From Minisyncoccota bacterium (lineage in GTDB: Bacteria; Patescibacteriota; Minisyncoccia; UBA6257), in the NCBI GenBank assembly GCA_035385585.1, contig DAOOKJ010000003.1, forward strand, positions 1 to 60,333: a DNA stretch of 60,333 nucleotides, written 5' to 3'. The notes under the pieces are model-generated. The model saw nothing but the letters and a program-made list of their open reading frames with translations, searched no databases and had not been told where the DNA came from. The position numbers and the translations under genes were made by a program. This document shows, piece after piece, positions 44,554 through 54,838 of this stretch. Position 1 is the first letter of the stretch. Each line of letters begins with the position of its first letter.

Positions 44554-45228
44554 CTAAATCTTGAGTTTTTTTACAATTCTTTCAAAGACTTCATTTACGC
44601 TTCCCACACCTTCAACTTCTATCAATTTCTTTTTTTTCTTAAAATACCTAATTACTAACATTACTTCTTTGTCAAAATAATTCATTCTGTTTTTAATAGC
44701 TTTTAGATTATCGTCTTTTCTTTTTACCAGTTTTCCTCCGCAAGCAGAGCATTTTAAAGTTTTAACTAGTTTTTGATTCAATTCTAAAGAATATTCTCTA
44801 CCACAATTTTGACAAATTCTTCTTAAATTTAATCTTCTTATCACCTCTTCTTTTGGCACATTAATATAAATCGCCTTAAAATTATCCCGGTCCATTAAAT
44901 TAAGTGCTTCTTCCAAAATAATGGCCTCATCTAAGCATCTAGGACTCCCCTCAAAAATTAAGCCAAATTTTTCTGCTCCTGCTTTCAAATTTAAAATTTT
45001 TTTTAACCACAAACTGACTACTAACCATGTTGGCGCCGGCAAACCATTATTTATTATTTTTGCCATTGATTTAGCCAAAGAATTCTTTTGTTTTATAAAC
45101 TGTCTTAAAAGTCCGCCAGTATCAATCTCTATAAGGGGCAATTTTTTCTTTAGCAAATTAAGTTGGGTTCCTTTTCCGGAACCAGGCCGTCCTAATAGAA
45201 TTATATTTAACGGTTTAGACGTTTTCAT
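44554..45228 (-). CDS. adk: Adenylate kinase (zinc-lid type)
   Basis: GRPGSGKGTQ P-loop. CQNC...CSAC lid. Confidence 0.92.
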   Translation of the reverse strand: MKTSKPLNIILLGRPGSGKGTQLNLLKKKLPLIEIDTGGLLRQFIKQKNSLAKSMAKIINNGLPAPTWLVVSLWLKKILNLKAGAEKFGLIFEGSPRCLDEAIILEEALNLMDRDNFKAIYINVPKEEVIRRLNLRRICQNCGREYSLELNQKLVKTLKCSACGGKLVKRKDDNLKAIKNRMNYFDKEVMLVIRYFKKKKKLIEVEGVGSVNEVFERIVKKLKI

Positions 45229-46510
45229 ATTCGCGCATAATTAATTGGGCATCAATTGCTTTCATTGTTTCAATTGCTACTTCAACCATAATCAAAAGCG
45301 AAGTTCCGCCAATTGCCAAGGTCGTAATTCCTGAAGCCTTTTCTAAAAGTATTGGGAGCACGGCGATTACCCCTAGGAAGAAAGCACCAAACAGAGTAAT
45401 TCTGGAACTTAATGAAGCTAAATAATTAGCTGTAGTTTTCCCCGGTCGGTAGCCAGGAACAAAACCTCCTCTCTTTTGTAAATTATCGGCAATTGATTCA
45501 GGTTCAAAAGTAACGGAAGTATAAAAAAAGGTAAAAAGAAAAACAAAAACAAAATATAATATCAAATAGAGTGGCGACTGGGTATTAAATCCTTTCAAAA
45601 ATAGAGCCATCTTCAAAAGGAAAGGATTTGTTGAGGTAGATAAAAACTGACCGATCATTTGGGGAAACATTAAGATAGATAAAGCAAAAATAATTGGTAT
45701 TACTCCTGCTTGATTGACTTTCATTGGTAAATAAGTAGTTGCTCCTCCGTAAATCTTTGTGCCACGGACTTGTTTTGCGTAATTAACAGGAATCCTCCTT
45801 TCTCCTTGAGAAACAACAACTACCCCAATAATAATCAAAAAGGCAACTGCCAGAAAAACAATTAGATTCGGCAACCTCTCAAGAGTCAAATTCATAAAAG
45901 TTGCCATTAATTGACGGGGTAAATCAATTACAATCCCAGCAAAAATAATCAAAGAAATGCCATTGCCTAATTTTTGTTCAGTAATCAACTCCCCTATCCA
46001 CATTAAAATCATTGTTGAAGCGACAACAACAGTAAGATTCCTTATCAAATCAAAAGGGCTTAAAATAGTTACCACTCCCTGACTTTTTAACAAATTAAGC
46101 ATCGCAAAACCCTGAAGTAAAGCCAGCGGAATGGTAAACATCCGTGAATATTGTTCAAATCGCTTTCTTTCTTTTTCTGTCCCCTCTTGAAGCATTTGCT
46201 TTAAAGATGGAAAAACCATTGTCAAGAGTTGAAAAATAATACTGGAGGTAATATAAGGGCCTATTCCTAAAAAGGCAATAGAAATGTTAGACATTGCACC
46301 GCCGGTAAATATATTAAACAAACCAAAAATCTGATTCTGCTCAAAGAATGCCTGAAGTTTTGCTTGATCAACTCCTGGTAAAGGAATGCTGGCCATCACC
46401 CGAAAGACAAACAAAAGCAACAGAATAGTGAAAATTTTTTTTCTCAATTCTTTAAGACGAAAAAGATTGATAAATTTTTTAAACATAGGCAAAAATAAGT
46501 TAAAGTTCAA
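45215..46510 (-). CDS. secY: Preprotein translocase SecY
   Basis: 10-TM pattern with conserved SecY segments. Position follows rplO. The true start may be the second Met (MFKKFINLF). Confidence 0.95.
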   Translation of the reverse strand: MNFNLFLPMFKKFINLFRLKELRKKIFTILLLLFVFRVMASIPLPGVDQAKLQAFFEQNQIFGLFNIFTGGAMSNISIAFLGIGPYITSSIIFQLLTMVFPSLKQMLQEGTEKERKRFEQYSRMFTIPLALLQGFAMLNLLKSQGVVTILSPFDLIRNLTVVVASTMILMWIGELITEQKLGNGISLIIFAGIVIDLPRQLMATFMNLTLERLPNLIVFLAVAFLIIIGVVVVSQGERRIPVNYAKQVRGTKIYGGATTYLPMKVNQAGVIPIIFALSILMFPQMIGQFLSTSTNPFLLKMALFLKGFNTQSPLYLILYFVFVFLFTFFYTSVTFEPESIADNLQKRGGFVPGYRPGKTTANYLASLSSRITLFGAFFLGVIAVLPILLEKASGITTLAIGGTSLLIMVEVAIETMKAIDAQLIMREYENV

Positions 46511-46541
46511 AAGTCAAAAGTCAAAATTAAAATCCTCGCTA

Positions 46542-46991
46542 TCATTTTTTATTTTTTTGATTTTCTATTTTTCCGCCTGCTTTAAGAATCGACTCTTTGG
46601 CTTTTTGGGAAACTAAGCAGTTTTCTACATTATATTTATATTTAAGCTCGGCTGAACCAAGAATTTTTAGAGTTCTTGTTTCTCCTTGAGGAATTTCTAC
46701 TAATCCTAATTTTTTTAATCTTTTTGGGTTAATAACGGAATCGTTTTGAATTTTTTTTTGAATATCGCTTAAAAGAACTGTAACAGGTTTCTTGACTATT
46801 TTTTGAAATTTTACTCCCCTTTTCTTGGGAAATTTCAAAATTGTCTCCCTTATTTGAGGTTTAATCTTGTGGCCTGCTCTTGATTTCTGTCCTTTCATTC
46901 CTCGGCCAGAATAAGTTCCTCTTTTCCCTCCTCTGCCAATTCTTTTCTTTTTGGGAGTTTTATAGGTTTTTTTTAATTGATGGACCTGCAT
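46542..46991 (-). CDS. rplO: 50S ribosomal protein L15
   Basis: GRGGKRGTYSGRGMKGQKSR motif. Operon position. Confidence 0.93.
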   Translation of the reverse strand: MQVHQLKKTYKTPKKKRIGRGGKRGTYSGRGMKGQKSRAGHKIKPQIRETILKFPKKRGVKFQKIVKKPVTVLLSDIQKKIQNDSVINPKRLKKLGLVEIPQGETRTLKILGSAELKYKYNVENCLVSQKAKESILKAGGKIENQKNKK

Positions 46992-46995
46992 AGAG

Positions 46996-47505
46996 TTAAA
47001 TCTGATTATTTTCTTTTTGATCCTTATTGATTTCTTCTTTTGGAACTTTTAATTTCGAAATTGCAATCAGTACTGCCTTTGCATTATTGATTGCATTATT
47101 AGTTCTACCCAATACCTTAGAACTGATGTTGGGAATACCTGCTAATTTAAAAATTGTTCTGGAGACACCGCCAGCCACTATCCCTTTTCCTTCTCTTGCG
47201 GGCTTTAAAAGTATTTCTGCTGCCCCATATTTTGCCTTCACTTCATGAGGAATAGTATTTTTGACTACTGGGATTTTCATTAAATTCTTTTTTGCCTGAT
47301 TAGTTGCTTTTTCTATTGCCGTAGCGACATCACGACCTTTTCCTACTCCAAAACCTATTTCATAATTTTTTCTTCTTCCAACCAATACCGTTGCCCTAAA
47401 ACTTAATCTTTTTCCTCCGCCGGTTACTCTAGCCACTCGACTGATATCCAAAACTTGGGTTTCAAAATCAGGAGTAATTTTTTGGAAATTTTTTCTTGAG
47501 TTCAT
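46996..47505 (-). CDS. rpsE: 30S ribosomal protein S5
   Basis: ISRVARVTGGGKRLSFRATVLVG... motif. Operon position. Confidence 0.95.
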   Translation of the reverse strand: MNSRKNFQKITPDFETQVLDISRVARVTGGGKRLSFRATVLVGRRKNYEIGFGVGKGRDVATAIEKATNQAKKNLMKIPVVKNTIPHEVKAKYGAAEILLKPAREGKGIVAGGVSRTIFKLAGIPNISSKVLGRTNNAINNAKAVLIAISKLKVPKEEINKDQKENNQI

Positions 47506-47510
47506 ATTTA

Positions 47511-47888
47511 TTAAAATTCTAAACCTGTCTCTTTGGCTTTTTCTGCCAGTATTTTAATTCGACCATGATATTTAAATCCCCCCCTATCAAAAACCACTTT
47601 TTTAATTCCTTTTTCCTTTGCTTTTTGGGCTATTAATTCTCCAACTTTTTGAGCAATTTCTTGTTTTGTCGCTTTTTTATTATCTTTTCTATTTTTTATT
47701 TCAAAATCTGAAGCAGAAACTAATGTTTCTCCTTTCTCATCATCAATGATCTGAACATAAATATGTTTTAAAGAACGAAAAACAGATAATCTAGGTTTTT
47801 CTTTACTACCTTTAATTTTAGCTCGCACTCGGCGATGTCTAATTTCTCTTTTTTCTTTTTTGTTAATTTTTTTCATATAATTGTTCAC
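47511..47888 (-). CDS. rplR: 50S ribosomal protein L18
   Basis: [10 protein letters not shown]...[17 protein letters not shown] and [11 protein letters not shown] motifs. Confidence 0.95.
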   Translation of the reverse strand: MNNYMKKINKKEKREIRHRRVRAKIKGSKEKPRLSVFRSLKHIYVQIIDDEKGETLVSASDFEIKNRKDNKKATKQEIAQKVGELIAQKAKEKGIKKVVFDRGGFKYHGRIKILAEKAKETGLEF

Positions 47889-47894
47889 CTAAAC

Positions 47895-48440
47895 CTAAGC
47901 GGCGGTAGTGGCTATTTTCTTGCCAGCTTTCCGCCTTATCTTTTCACCAACGTAATAAATTCCTTTACCTTTATAAGGCTCAACAGGTCTCACCTGGCGA
48001 AGTTTGGCAGCAAACGAACTGACTAATTCTTTTGAAACACCGTTTATGGTAATAATATTCTTATCAACTGAAACATTTAATCCTTTTGGAATTTCTAAAA
48101 TTACAGGGTTAATATAACCTATTTTAAGTATTAATTGATCTCCTTCTAAATTTGCTCTGAAGCCAACTCCATTAATTTCCAATTGCTTACTAAATCCTTG
48201 ACTCACTCCCTCTATTAAATTATTTAGTAATGCTTTGGTCGTTCCCCATAGTTTATAAGTATTTTTTTGCTGAATCAATGGTTTGACAAAAATAAGATTA
48301 TTTTTTAGTTCAATGGCAAAATAGGGGGAGATTTTTAAAGATAGTTCCCCCTTTGGACCTTTGGCAATAAAAGTATTATTTTCAATTTTTACTTCTACAC
48401 CAGTCGGTATTTCTATTGGTTTTTTCCCTATTCTGGACAT
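47895..48440 (-). CDS. rplF: 50S ribosomal protein L6
   Basis: MSRIGKKPIEIP start. Two-domain L6 pattern. Confidence 0.95.
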   Translation of the reverse strand: MSRIGKKPIEIPTGVEVKIENNTFIAKGPKGELSLKISPYFAIELKNNLIFVKPLIQQKNTYKLWGTTKALLNNLIEGVSQGFSKQLEINGVGFRANLEGDQLILKIGYINPVILEIPKGLNVSVDKNIITINGVSKELVSSFAAKLRQVRPVEPYKGKGIYYVGEKIRRKAGKKIATTAA

Positions 48441-48514
48441 AATGATTTATAACAAATAATTTTTAAACATTAAAAATTACAAAATTAAAAATTTAAAAAA
48501 TTTGTTAGTTCGAG

Positions 48515-48907
48515 TTACCATACTTCTAATAAAATTTCTCCTCCTAAATTTTTCTTTTTTGCTTCCTTATTAGTCATCACTCCTTGAGGAGTAGAAATAA
48601 TATATATTCCGAAACCTCCCTTAGCCGGCCAAATCTGTTTTGATTTTCTATATACTCTTTGAGATGGCTTTGAAACTTTTCTTATTTCAGTAATTTTTGG
48701 TGTCTTATCTTCATTATACATTAAAGTTATCTCTATCATCCTTTTTGGTTCACGGCCAACTTTCGTAAAATCTTTAATATAACCATTTTTTTTCAAAACA
48801 TTTAAAATATCCATTTTGAATTTGGAAAAAGGAACTTTAATGGTTTCTTTCTTAACCATTTGACCGTTCCTTATTCTCGTTATCATATCTGCAATTGGAT
48901 CATTCAT
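48515..48907 (-). CDS. rpsH: 30S ribosomal protein S8
   Basis: DPIADMITRIRNG start. C-terminal GGEILLEVW. Confidence 0.95.
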   Translation of the reverse strand: MNDPIADMITRIRNGQMVKKETIKVPFSKFKMDILNVLKKNGYIKDFTKVGREPKRMIEITLMYNEDKTPKITEIRKVSKPSQRVYRKSKQIWPAKGGFGIYIISTPQGVMTNKEAKKKNLGGEILLEVW

Positions 48908-48920
48908 AAATTTTTTTAAA

Positions 48921-49106
48921 TTACCAACTGGCTTTTTTAATGCCCGGGATTTCCCCTTTTGAAGCCAACTCCCGAAAACAAATTCGGCATAAGCCGAAAT
49001 CTCTCATATACCCCCTTTTTCGACCGCAACGCCAACATCGCCTCACCGTCCTCGTGGAATACTTTGGTTTTTTTAGGGCTCTAGCAATAACAGATTTTTT
49101 TGCCAT
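48921..49106 (-). CDS. rpsN: 30S ribosomal protein S14, short zinc-binding type
   Basis: 61 aa, CWRCGR...CRIC, ending KASW. Confidence 0.95.
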   Translation of the reverse strand: MAKKSVIARALKKPKYSTRTVRRCWRCGRKRGYMRDFGLCRICFRELASKGEIPGIKKASW

Positions 49107-49118
49107 AAATTTGAAAAA

Positions 49119-49679
49119 TTATTTTACCTTTTGAAATGGAAGTCCTAAAAGAGTAAATAGTTCTTTTGCCATTTGGCGGTTTTTGGCATTAGTAACAAAA
49201 CTTACCTCTAAACCGAAAATAAAACTCGCTTCTTCTTTGCTTATTTCCGGAAAAACTATTTGTTCTTTTAGACCATAATTCAAATTTCCTGAAGCATCTA
49301 TCGCAGATTCCTTTATTCCTCCAAAATCTCTGATTCTCGGCAAAACCACATTTATAAATTTATAAATAAAATCTTCCATTTTTTTTCCCCTTAAAGTAAC
49401 CTTCAAACCCACCGGCATTCCTTCTCTTAATTTAAAACTGGCAATAGAAACTCTTGAAAGTCTTAATGAGGGCTTTAAACCGGTAATCATTTTTAGTTGC
49501 TGAGACACTTTTTCAACAATCTCATCACTGTTTTTGCCTGAAGTTACTAATCTGCCTATGCCAGTATTGACTACTACTTTCACAATTGTCGGAACAGACC
49601 TTTCTGTTTTAAGGTTAAACTTTTTTTTCATTTCCGGTACAACAATTTCTTTCCACTGCTGTTTATAAGGTAATTTCAT
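49119..49679 (-). CDS. rplE: 50S ribosomal protein L5
   Basis: L5 core (VVVNTGIG, GMPVG.KVTLRG). Start moved to the Met at 49679, which avoids overlapping the L24 coding end; the track ORF extends to 49736. Confidence 0.92.
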   Translation of the reverse strand: MKLPYKQQWKEIVVPEMKKKFNLKTERSVPTIVKVVVNTGIGRLVTSGKNSDEIVEKVSQQLKMITGLKPSLRLSRVSIASFKLREGMPVGLKVTLRGKKMEDFIYKFINVVLPRIRDFGGIKESAIDASGNLNYGLKEQIVFPEISKEEASFIFGLEVSFVTNAKNRQMAKELFTLLGLPFQKVK

Positions 49680-49683
49680 AGTA

Positions 49684-49995
49684 TCAAATTTTTGTTTTAC
49701 ATTTTTTACACTGACGACAATTTTTTCCACCTTCAAAAGTATGAGATATTCTCGTTGGCTTTTTACAATTCGGACAAACTAATTTTACATTTGCCCGATT
49801 AATCGGTCCAGGTACAGACATTATTTCTCCCTTTTCACCAGTCTTTTTCGGTTTTTTAATCTTTTTTATTAAATTCAGGCCGTCAACTATTAAACGGTTC
49901 TCCTTGGGCAAAACTTTTATAACTTTCCCTGATTTTCCTCTATCTTTACCCTTTGTAATTAAAATCAAATCTCCTTTTTTAATTTCCATTTTCAT
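49684..49995 (-). CDS. rplX: 50S ribosomal protein L24 with Cys-rich C-terminus
   Basis: KKGDLILITKGKDRGKSGKV KOW motif. The C-terminus carries CPNC...CRQCKKC. Confidence 0.92.
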   Translation of the reverse strand: MKMEIKKGDLILITKGKDRGKSGKVIKVLPKENRLIVDGLNLIKKIKKPKKTGEKGEIMSVPGPINRANVKLVCPNCKKPTRISHTFEGGKNCRQCKKCKTKI

Positions 49996-50075
49996 ATTTA
50001 AAGATGTAAAATTTCTAAAGATAGTTTAATTATTTTGTCTGTCCTAATACTGCTGAATTTCATTTATATTATTTA

Positions 50076-50444
50076 TTAAACAAAATCAGAAGCTAAAGCA
50101 ACTAATTTATCATAACCCTTTTCCTTTATCTCCCGAGGCAATACTCCCAATAAACGATTGCCAATCGGTTCCTTTTTTTCATTTATTAAAACTACGGCAT
50201 TTTCATCAAATCTAATATAACTTCCATCTTTCCGGCGATATGGCTGTTTCTGCCAAACAACTACTGCCTTAACTACATCGCCTTTCTTTATTGCTCTTCG
50301 CGGTTCAGCCGCCCGAACTGAAGCTACAATAATATTACCAATTCTTGCGTATTTCCTATAACTTCCGCCTAAAACTCTAAAACAACGAACAGTTTTCGCT
50401 CCACTATTATCTATTACTTTTAAAATTGTTCTTGGTTGAATCAT
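50076..50444 (-). CDS. rplN: 50S ribosomal protein L14
   Basis: MIQPRTILKVIDNSGAK start. Confidence 0.96.
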   Translation of the reverse strand: MIQPRTILKVIDNSGAKTVRCFRVLGGSYRKYARIGNIIVASVRAAEPRRAIKKGDVVKAVVVWQKQPYRRKDGSYIRFDENAVVLINEKKEPIGNRLLGVLPREIKEKGYDKLVALASDFV

Positions 50445-50449
50445 AATTG

Positions 50450-50698
50450 TTAAGCGCTATAACTAATAATTTTCCATCTTTTCTCTTTAGATAGGGGTCT
50501 TGTTTCCTCAATTACAACTTTATCCCCTTCTTTGTATTTATTGTTATCGTTTTGAGCCTTAAATCTTTTCGTCACTTTGTAATATTTTTTATATTTTGGG
50601 TGAAATTTTAAAGAATCTACTGCCACTACTGCAGTCTTCGTCATTTTGGCACTTACTACCCTTCCTTTTAATCTTCTTTTTATAGTTTTTTTTGTCAT
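50450..50698 (-). CDS. rpsQ: 30S ribosomal protein S17
   Basis: [14 protein letters not shown]...HPKYKKY pattern. Confidence 0.93.
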   Translation of the reverse strand: MTKKTIKRRLKGRVVSAKMTKTAVVAVDSLKFHPKYKKYYKVTKRFKAQNDNNKYKEGDKVVIEETRPLSKEKRWKIISYSA

Positions 50699-50708
50699 AA
50701 TAAATATC

Positions 50709-50903
50709 CTAAGAAGTTATTTTCATTTCATTTAAGATAGTTAAAATTCTAGCGATATCCTTTTTTAACATTTTTACCGCTTTAACATTTTTTACTTTGC
50801 CACTCGCTAAACTAATTTTTAACTCAATTAATTTCTTCCTGGAATCTGTTAGTAAATTCAGCAATTCATCTGACTTCTTATTTTTTAATTCTTTTGTCTT
50901 CAT
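50709..50903 (-). CDS. rpmC: 50S ribosomal protein L29
   Basis: 64-aa helical protein. Position between rplP and rpsQ. Confidence 0.88.
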   Translation of the reverse strand: MKTKELKNKKSDELLNLLTDSRKKLIELKISLASGKVKNVKAVKMLKKDIARILTILNEMKITS

Positions 50904-50906
50904 AAT

Positions 50907-51317
50907 TTAATCTTTAACAATCATAGTTTTAATTGGCAATTTAGAGGTAGCGGCCTTTAATGCTTGACGCGCCATATTCTCGGAAACTCCATCTATTTCA
51001 AAAATTATTCTGCCGGGCTTAACTGGGAAGACATAGTATTCTACTGTTCCCTTTCCTCCCCCCATTGTTACTTCGGGTGGTTTTTTAGTAATTGGTTTGT
51101 CAGGAAAAATTCTCATCCAAACCTTACCCTCTTTTTTTAGAACAATGGCAATAGCCTTTCTTGCCGCTTCTATTTGACGGCTAGTAAGCCATTTTTCTTC
51201 TAAAGATTTTAAACCAAAACTGCCAAAATCTAAAGCGGTTCCTCGACCCTCTATCTCGCGGAATCTTCCTCTTCCTTTTTGCGTTTTTCGATGTTTTACT
51301 TTTTTTGGCGCCAACAT
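50907..51317 (-). CDS. rplP: 50S ribosomal protein L16
   Basis: [11 protein letters not shown] start; the track ORF begins 4 codons earlier. L16 core present. Confidence 0.94.
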   Translation of the reverse strand: MLAPKKVKHRKTQKGRGRFREIEGRGTALDFGSFGLKSLEEKWLTSRQIEAARKAIAIVLKKEGKVWMRIFPDKPITKKPPEVTMGGGKGTVEYYVFPVKPGRIIFEIDGVSENMARQALKAATSKLPIKTMIVKD

Positions 51318-51341
51318 ATCTATTCTCAATAATTTAAAAAT

Positions 51342-51986
51342 TTATTTTTTTGGCTCTTCCTCATTTAATTTGTATATCCAGACTTTAATTCCCACTACTC
51401 CATAAGGGCAATGGGCTTCGCTAAATCCATAATCAATATCTGCCCGAATTGTTTGCTGGGGCAACTTTCCTTCTAAAAGCCACTCTTCTCTGGCGATTTC
51501 GTTGCCATCTAAGCGACCGGAAATCATAATTTTTGCCCCTCCTACATTTTTATGTTGAATAATCCTTGCCATATTTCTTTTCATCGCTAAGCGGTAAGGA
51601 ATCCTTTTTTCAATGTCTTCAGCAATATTCTGAGCCATAATTTGGGCTGAGGTTTCCGGTCTTCTTATCTCTTCAATGGAAAGGCTTACTTTGTATTTAT
51701 TGTTTAATAATTTAGAAATGCCTCTCTCAATTTTTGAAATTCCTTGCCCCCCTCTCCCAATTAACAATCCCGGCCTAGCAGTTTTAATTATAATTTTAAT
51801 ATTGTCAATTTTTCTTTCTATTTCGATATTTTCAATTCTTAATTCTTTTCCTCCTTTTAAAATAAACTGTCTTATCAGATAATCCTCTTTTAATAATTGA
51901 GGCATTTTTTTAAAATTTAACCAGCGGGAATTCCATTGATGTGTTATTCCTGTTCTGAAACTTTTTGGATTAGTATATTGAGCCAT
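51342..51986 (-). CDS. rpsC: 30S ribosomal protein S3
   Basis: KH domain GRGG.GI. C-terminal domain with GRL.G.EIAR. Confidence 0.95.
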   Translation of the reverse strand: MAQYTNPKSFRTGITHQWNSRWLNFKKMPQLLKEDYLIRQFILKGGKELRIENIEIERKIDNIKIIIKTARPGLLIGRGGQGISKIERGISKLLNNKYKVSLSIEEIRRPETSAQIMAQNIAEDIEKRIPYRLAMKRNMARIIQHKNVGGAKIMISGRLDGNEIAREEWLLEGKLPQQTIRADIDYGFSEAHCPYGVVGIKVWIYKLNEEEPKK

Positions 51987-52045
51987 AACTGCTTTTATTT
52001 TTATCTTTTATCTTTTATTTTTTATTTTTTATTTTTTATTTTTCT

Positions 52046-52561
52046 TTAGATTGCTTTTCTTCTAAAAACTCTCTGTCTGGCTAAAACCGGAGTTTTAACC
52101 CTTTCTTTTTTTGTTTCTTCCTTAACGCCAGCCTTTCTTTCTTTTTTTGTTTCCTTTAATATCGTTTCTTTTGTTTTTTCCTCTTTCTCGCTTATTTCCT
52201 CTTTCTTTTCTTCTTTTTTAGCGCTTGGCGATTTTTCTTTTAAAATTAAGGTAATATGTGAACTTCTTTTTCTGATTTCATTAGCCACCCCTCTGGCTCT
52301 AGGCATATATCGTACAAGTGTCGGCCCCTGGTCAACTTTAATTTGGTAAACAAACAAATTATCGTAACTTAAGTTAAAATTATGTTCTGCATTTTTAATC
52401 GCTGACTTTAAGAGTTTTAAAATTTCTGGGCTCGGCCTTTTATTAGAAGACTTAAGTTGATATTCGGCTTCTTTAACGTCTAATCCCTTGATAAGGTTAG
52501 CGGTTAACCTAACTTTTCGGGGGCTCATTCTTAAATATTTTAAAGATGCTTTAACTTCCAT
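52046..52561 (-). CDS. rplV: 50S ribosomal protein L22 with Lys/Glu-rich C-terminal extension
   Basis: LRMSPRKVRLTANLIKG start. About 60 extra charged residues at the C-terminus. Confidence 0.93.
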   Translation of the reverse strand: MEVKASLKYLRMSPRKVRLTANLIKGLDVKEAEYQLKSSNKRPSPEILKLLKSAIKNAEHNFNLSYDNLFVYQIKVDQGPTLVRYMPRARGVANEIRKRSSHITLILKEKSPSAKKEEKKEEISEKEEKTKETILKETKKERKAGVKEETKKERVKTPVLARQRVFRRKAI

Positions 52562-52573
52562 AAATTGTACAAA

Positions 52574-52903
52574 TTAAACCTTAATTTTAGTGACTTTAGT
52601 TTCTTCAGTCTTTGTTTCTCCTGTTTTAGACTCTAACGCTCGCTGCATTTTGCCGCCATGCTTTATAAATTTTCTCGTGGGAGAAAACTCTCCCAATCTA
52701 TGGCCCACCATTTCTTCTTTTATTTCCACTCGAAGAAAATCTTTACCATTATGAACAGCAAAAACAAAACCAATCATCTCGGGTGTAATCATTGAATCTC
52801 GCGAATAGGTTTTGATTGGAGTTTTATCCCCTGCTTTTAACCGAGACAATTTCTTTAACAATTTTGAATCGACAAAAGGACCTTTTTTAACTGAACGTGC
52901 CAT
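52574..52903 (-). CDS. rpsS: 30S ribosomal protein S19
   Basis: [27 protein letters not shown] motifs. Confidence 0.96.
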   Translation of the reverse strand: MARSVKKGPFVDSKLLKKLSRLKAGDKTPIKTYSRDSMITPEMIGFVFAVHNGKDFLRVEIKEEMVGHRLGEFSPTRKFIKHGGKMQRALESKTGETKTEETKVTKIKV

Positions 52904-52924
52904 AAAAATTAATATTTTATCTTA

Positions 52925-53749
52925 TTATTTTTTCTTTCTTCTTGCAATAATAAATTTATTAGAATATTTGTCTTTTTTCCTGGTTTTTCTACCGCCAGTG
53001 ACATTGCCATAAATATCTTTTGGCCTTTTAGTTCCTCTCTGAGTTCTTCCTTCGCCTCCGCCATAAGGATGCTCCCGCGGATTCATTACTTTGCCTCTTA
53101 CTGTTGGCCGAATCCCCTTTGCTCTCACCCTGCCAGCTTTACCATAACTAACTAAACTATGTTCAACATTGGAAAGTTGACCAATTGAAGCGAAGCAATT
53201 ACTTAAAACTTTCCTTACCTCAGAAGAGGGCATTTTTAAATAAGTATAGTCTTCTTCTTGACCAGCGACTTGAACCGCTGTTCCGGCAGACCTGGCTAAT
53301 TTTCCTCCTGTATTAGGCTGAATTTCAACATTATAAACCATTGTGCCAATAGGAATGTTTTTTAGCTTCATTCGATTACCTTCTTTAAGCGGAACACTAT
53401 CGTCACAGACTATTTCATCTCCAACCTTCAGATTATTAGGCGCTAAAATATAGCGCCAATCCCCATCTTTATACGAAACTAAAGCAATAAAAGCGGAACG
53501 ATTCGGGTCATATTCAATGCTTTTTACTATTCCTTTTACTTTCAGTTTTTCTTCCCCGAAAATAATTTCTCGATATAATCTTTTATTACCCCCTCCTTTA
53601 TGGCGAACAGTCACTAACCCCTTTGTTCTTCCTTTTGCTTTTTTATTAAATGTTGTTAACGGCTTAAATGGCTCGTCTTTTGTTATCATCTGACGGTCTT
53701 CAACTGTATAATGTCTTCTTCCAGGAGTTGTTGGTTTATATCTTTTCAT
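52925..53749 (-). CDS. rplB: 50S ribosomal protein L2
   Basis: YKPTTPGRR, GGGNKR, and GRT..G...PK.RG motifs. Confidence 0.96.
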   Translation of the reverse strand: MKRYKPTTPGRRHYTVEDRQMITKDEPFKPLTTFNKKAKGRTKGLVTVRHKGGGNKRLYREIIFGEEKLKVKGIVKSIEYDPNRSAFIALVSYKDGDWRYILAPNNLKVGDEIVCDDSVPLKEGNRMKLKNIPIGTMVYNVEIQPNTGGKLARSAGTAVQVAGQEEDYTYLKMPSSEVRKVLSNCFASIGQLSNVEHSLVSYGKAGRVRAKGIRPTVRGKVMNPREHPYGGGEGRTQRGTKRPKDIYGNVTGGRKTRKKDKYSNKFIIARRKKK

Positions 53750-53778
53750 TATTTTTGACTTTTAAATTTTGACTTTTA

Positions 53779-54180
53779 TTATATTTCTATCTTCTCTCCT
53801 TCTTTTAAAGTAACTATTGCTTTCTTTTTTGGTTGAAACCGCGAAACTTTTCGACCAAATCTCTTTTTTTCTCTTTTCGAAATAGTAAGATTAATTTTTT
53901 CCACTTTCACTTTATAAAATTTTTCAATTACTTTCTTAATCTCGTTTTTATTTACATCTTTTTCAACTTCAAATACGTATTGGTTTACCTTTTTTAAAGC
54001 CGTTGCTTTTTCACTCAAATAGGGCATAATTGAAATTGGCGTTTTGGACAAAAACAATGTTTTTGACCCAGTTGAAACTTTTTCCTGTTCCTTTTCTTGT
54101 ATTTTCTCTGCTTCTTTTATTTCCTTCTTTTCTTCTTGTAAATTTTTATTCTTTTTTTGAAATATTCTAAAAGCGACCAT
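53779..54180 (-). CDS. rplW: 50S ribosomal protein L23 with N-terminal extension
   Basis: L23 core from PYLSEKAT...FEV. About 50 extra charged residues upstream. Tightly packed against the rplD stop. Confidence 0.85.
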   Translation of the reverse strand: MVAFRIFQKKNKNLQEEKKEIKEAEKIQEKEQEKVSTGSKTLFLSKTPISIMPYLSEKATALKKVNQYVFEVEKDVNKNEIKKVIEKFYKVKVEKINLTISKREKKRFGRKVSRFQPKKKAIVTLKEGEKIEI

Positions 54181-54182
54181 AT

Positions 54183-54833
54183 CTATTTAATAATTAATTT
54201 TTGCTCCAAAAGCGACAAAATATCTTTTTTCAATATCAAATATTTACAATTTAATAATTCTATTAAATCAATACTTTCTGCTGTCATTACTTTTAAGGAA
54301 GGTATATTTCGGCTGATTCTTTTAATTTCTTTATCTTTTGATTCTATCAAAAGAACTGTTTTTTTTAAAGGTTTGCCTTTTTCTTTCTTAATTAGATTAT
54401 TCAAAAGAGAATAGACTTCTTTTGTTTTTAATTGTTCAATTTCCAGATTTTCCAAAATTATAATTTCTTTATCTTTTAATTTTTGGGAAAGAATCTGGCT
54501 TAAAGCGATTTTTTTTTCTTTTTTATTAATTTTCTTTTTAAAATTTCTTTCTTTTTGGCGGGGGCCAAAAGTTACTCCTCCTCCTTTCCATAATGGCGAA
54601 CGAATAGAAGAATGACGTGCCCTGCCAGTTCCTTTTTGCGGCCAAGGTTTTCTACCGCCACCCCTTACTTCCGACCTATCTTTAGTTGAGGCAATCGGTT
54701 GTCGTTTATTTGACAATGTTTTTGTATAAATTTGATGAATAAAATGACTATTAAATTTCTGGCCGAAAATCTGGTCGTTTAATTCAATTTCTTTCGTTAG
54801 TTCTCCTTTTTGATTGTAAACTGATACTTTCAT
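54183..54833 (-). CDS. rplD: 50S ribosomal protein L4
   Basis: RGGGRKPWPQKGTGRAR motif. Confidence 0.95.
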   Translation of the reverse strand: MKVSVYNQKGELTKEIELNDQIFGQKFNSHFIHQIYTKTLSNKRQPIASTKDRSEVRGGGRKPWPQKGTGRARHSSIRSPLWKGGGVTFGPRQKERNFKKKINKKEKKIALSQILSQKLKDKEIIILENLEIEQLKTKEVYSLLNNLIKKEKGKPLKKTVLLIESKDKEIKRISRNIPSLKVMTAESIDLIELLNCKYLILKKDILSLLEQKLIIK

Positions 54834-54838
54834 AAATT

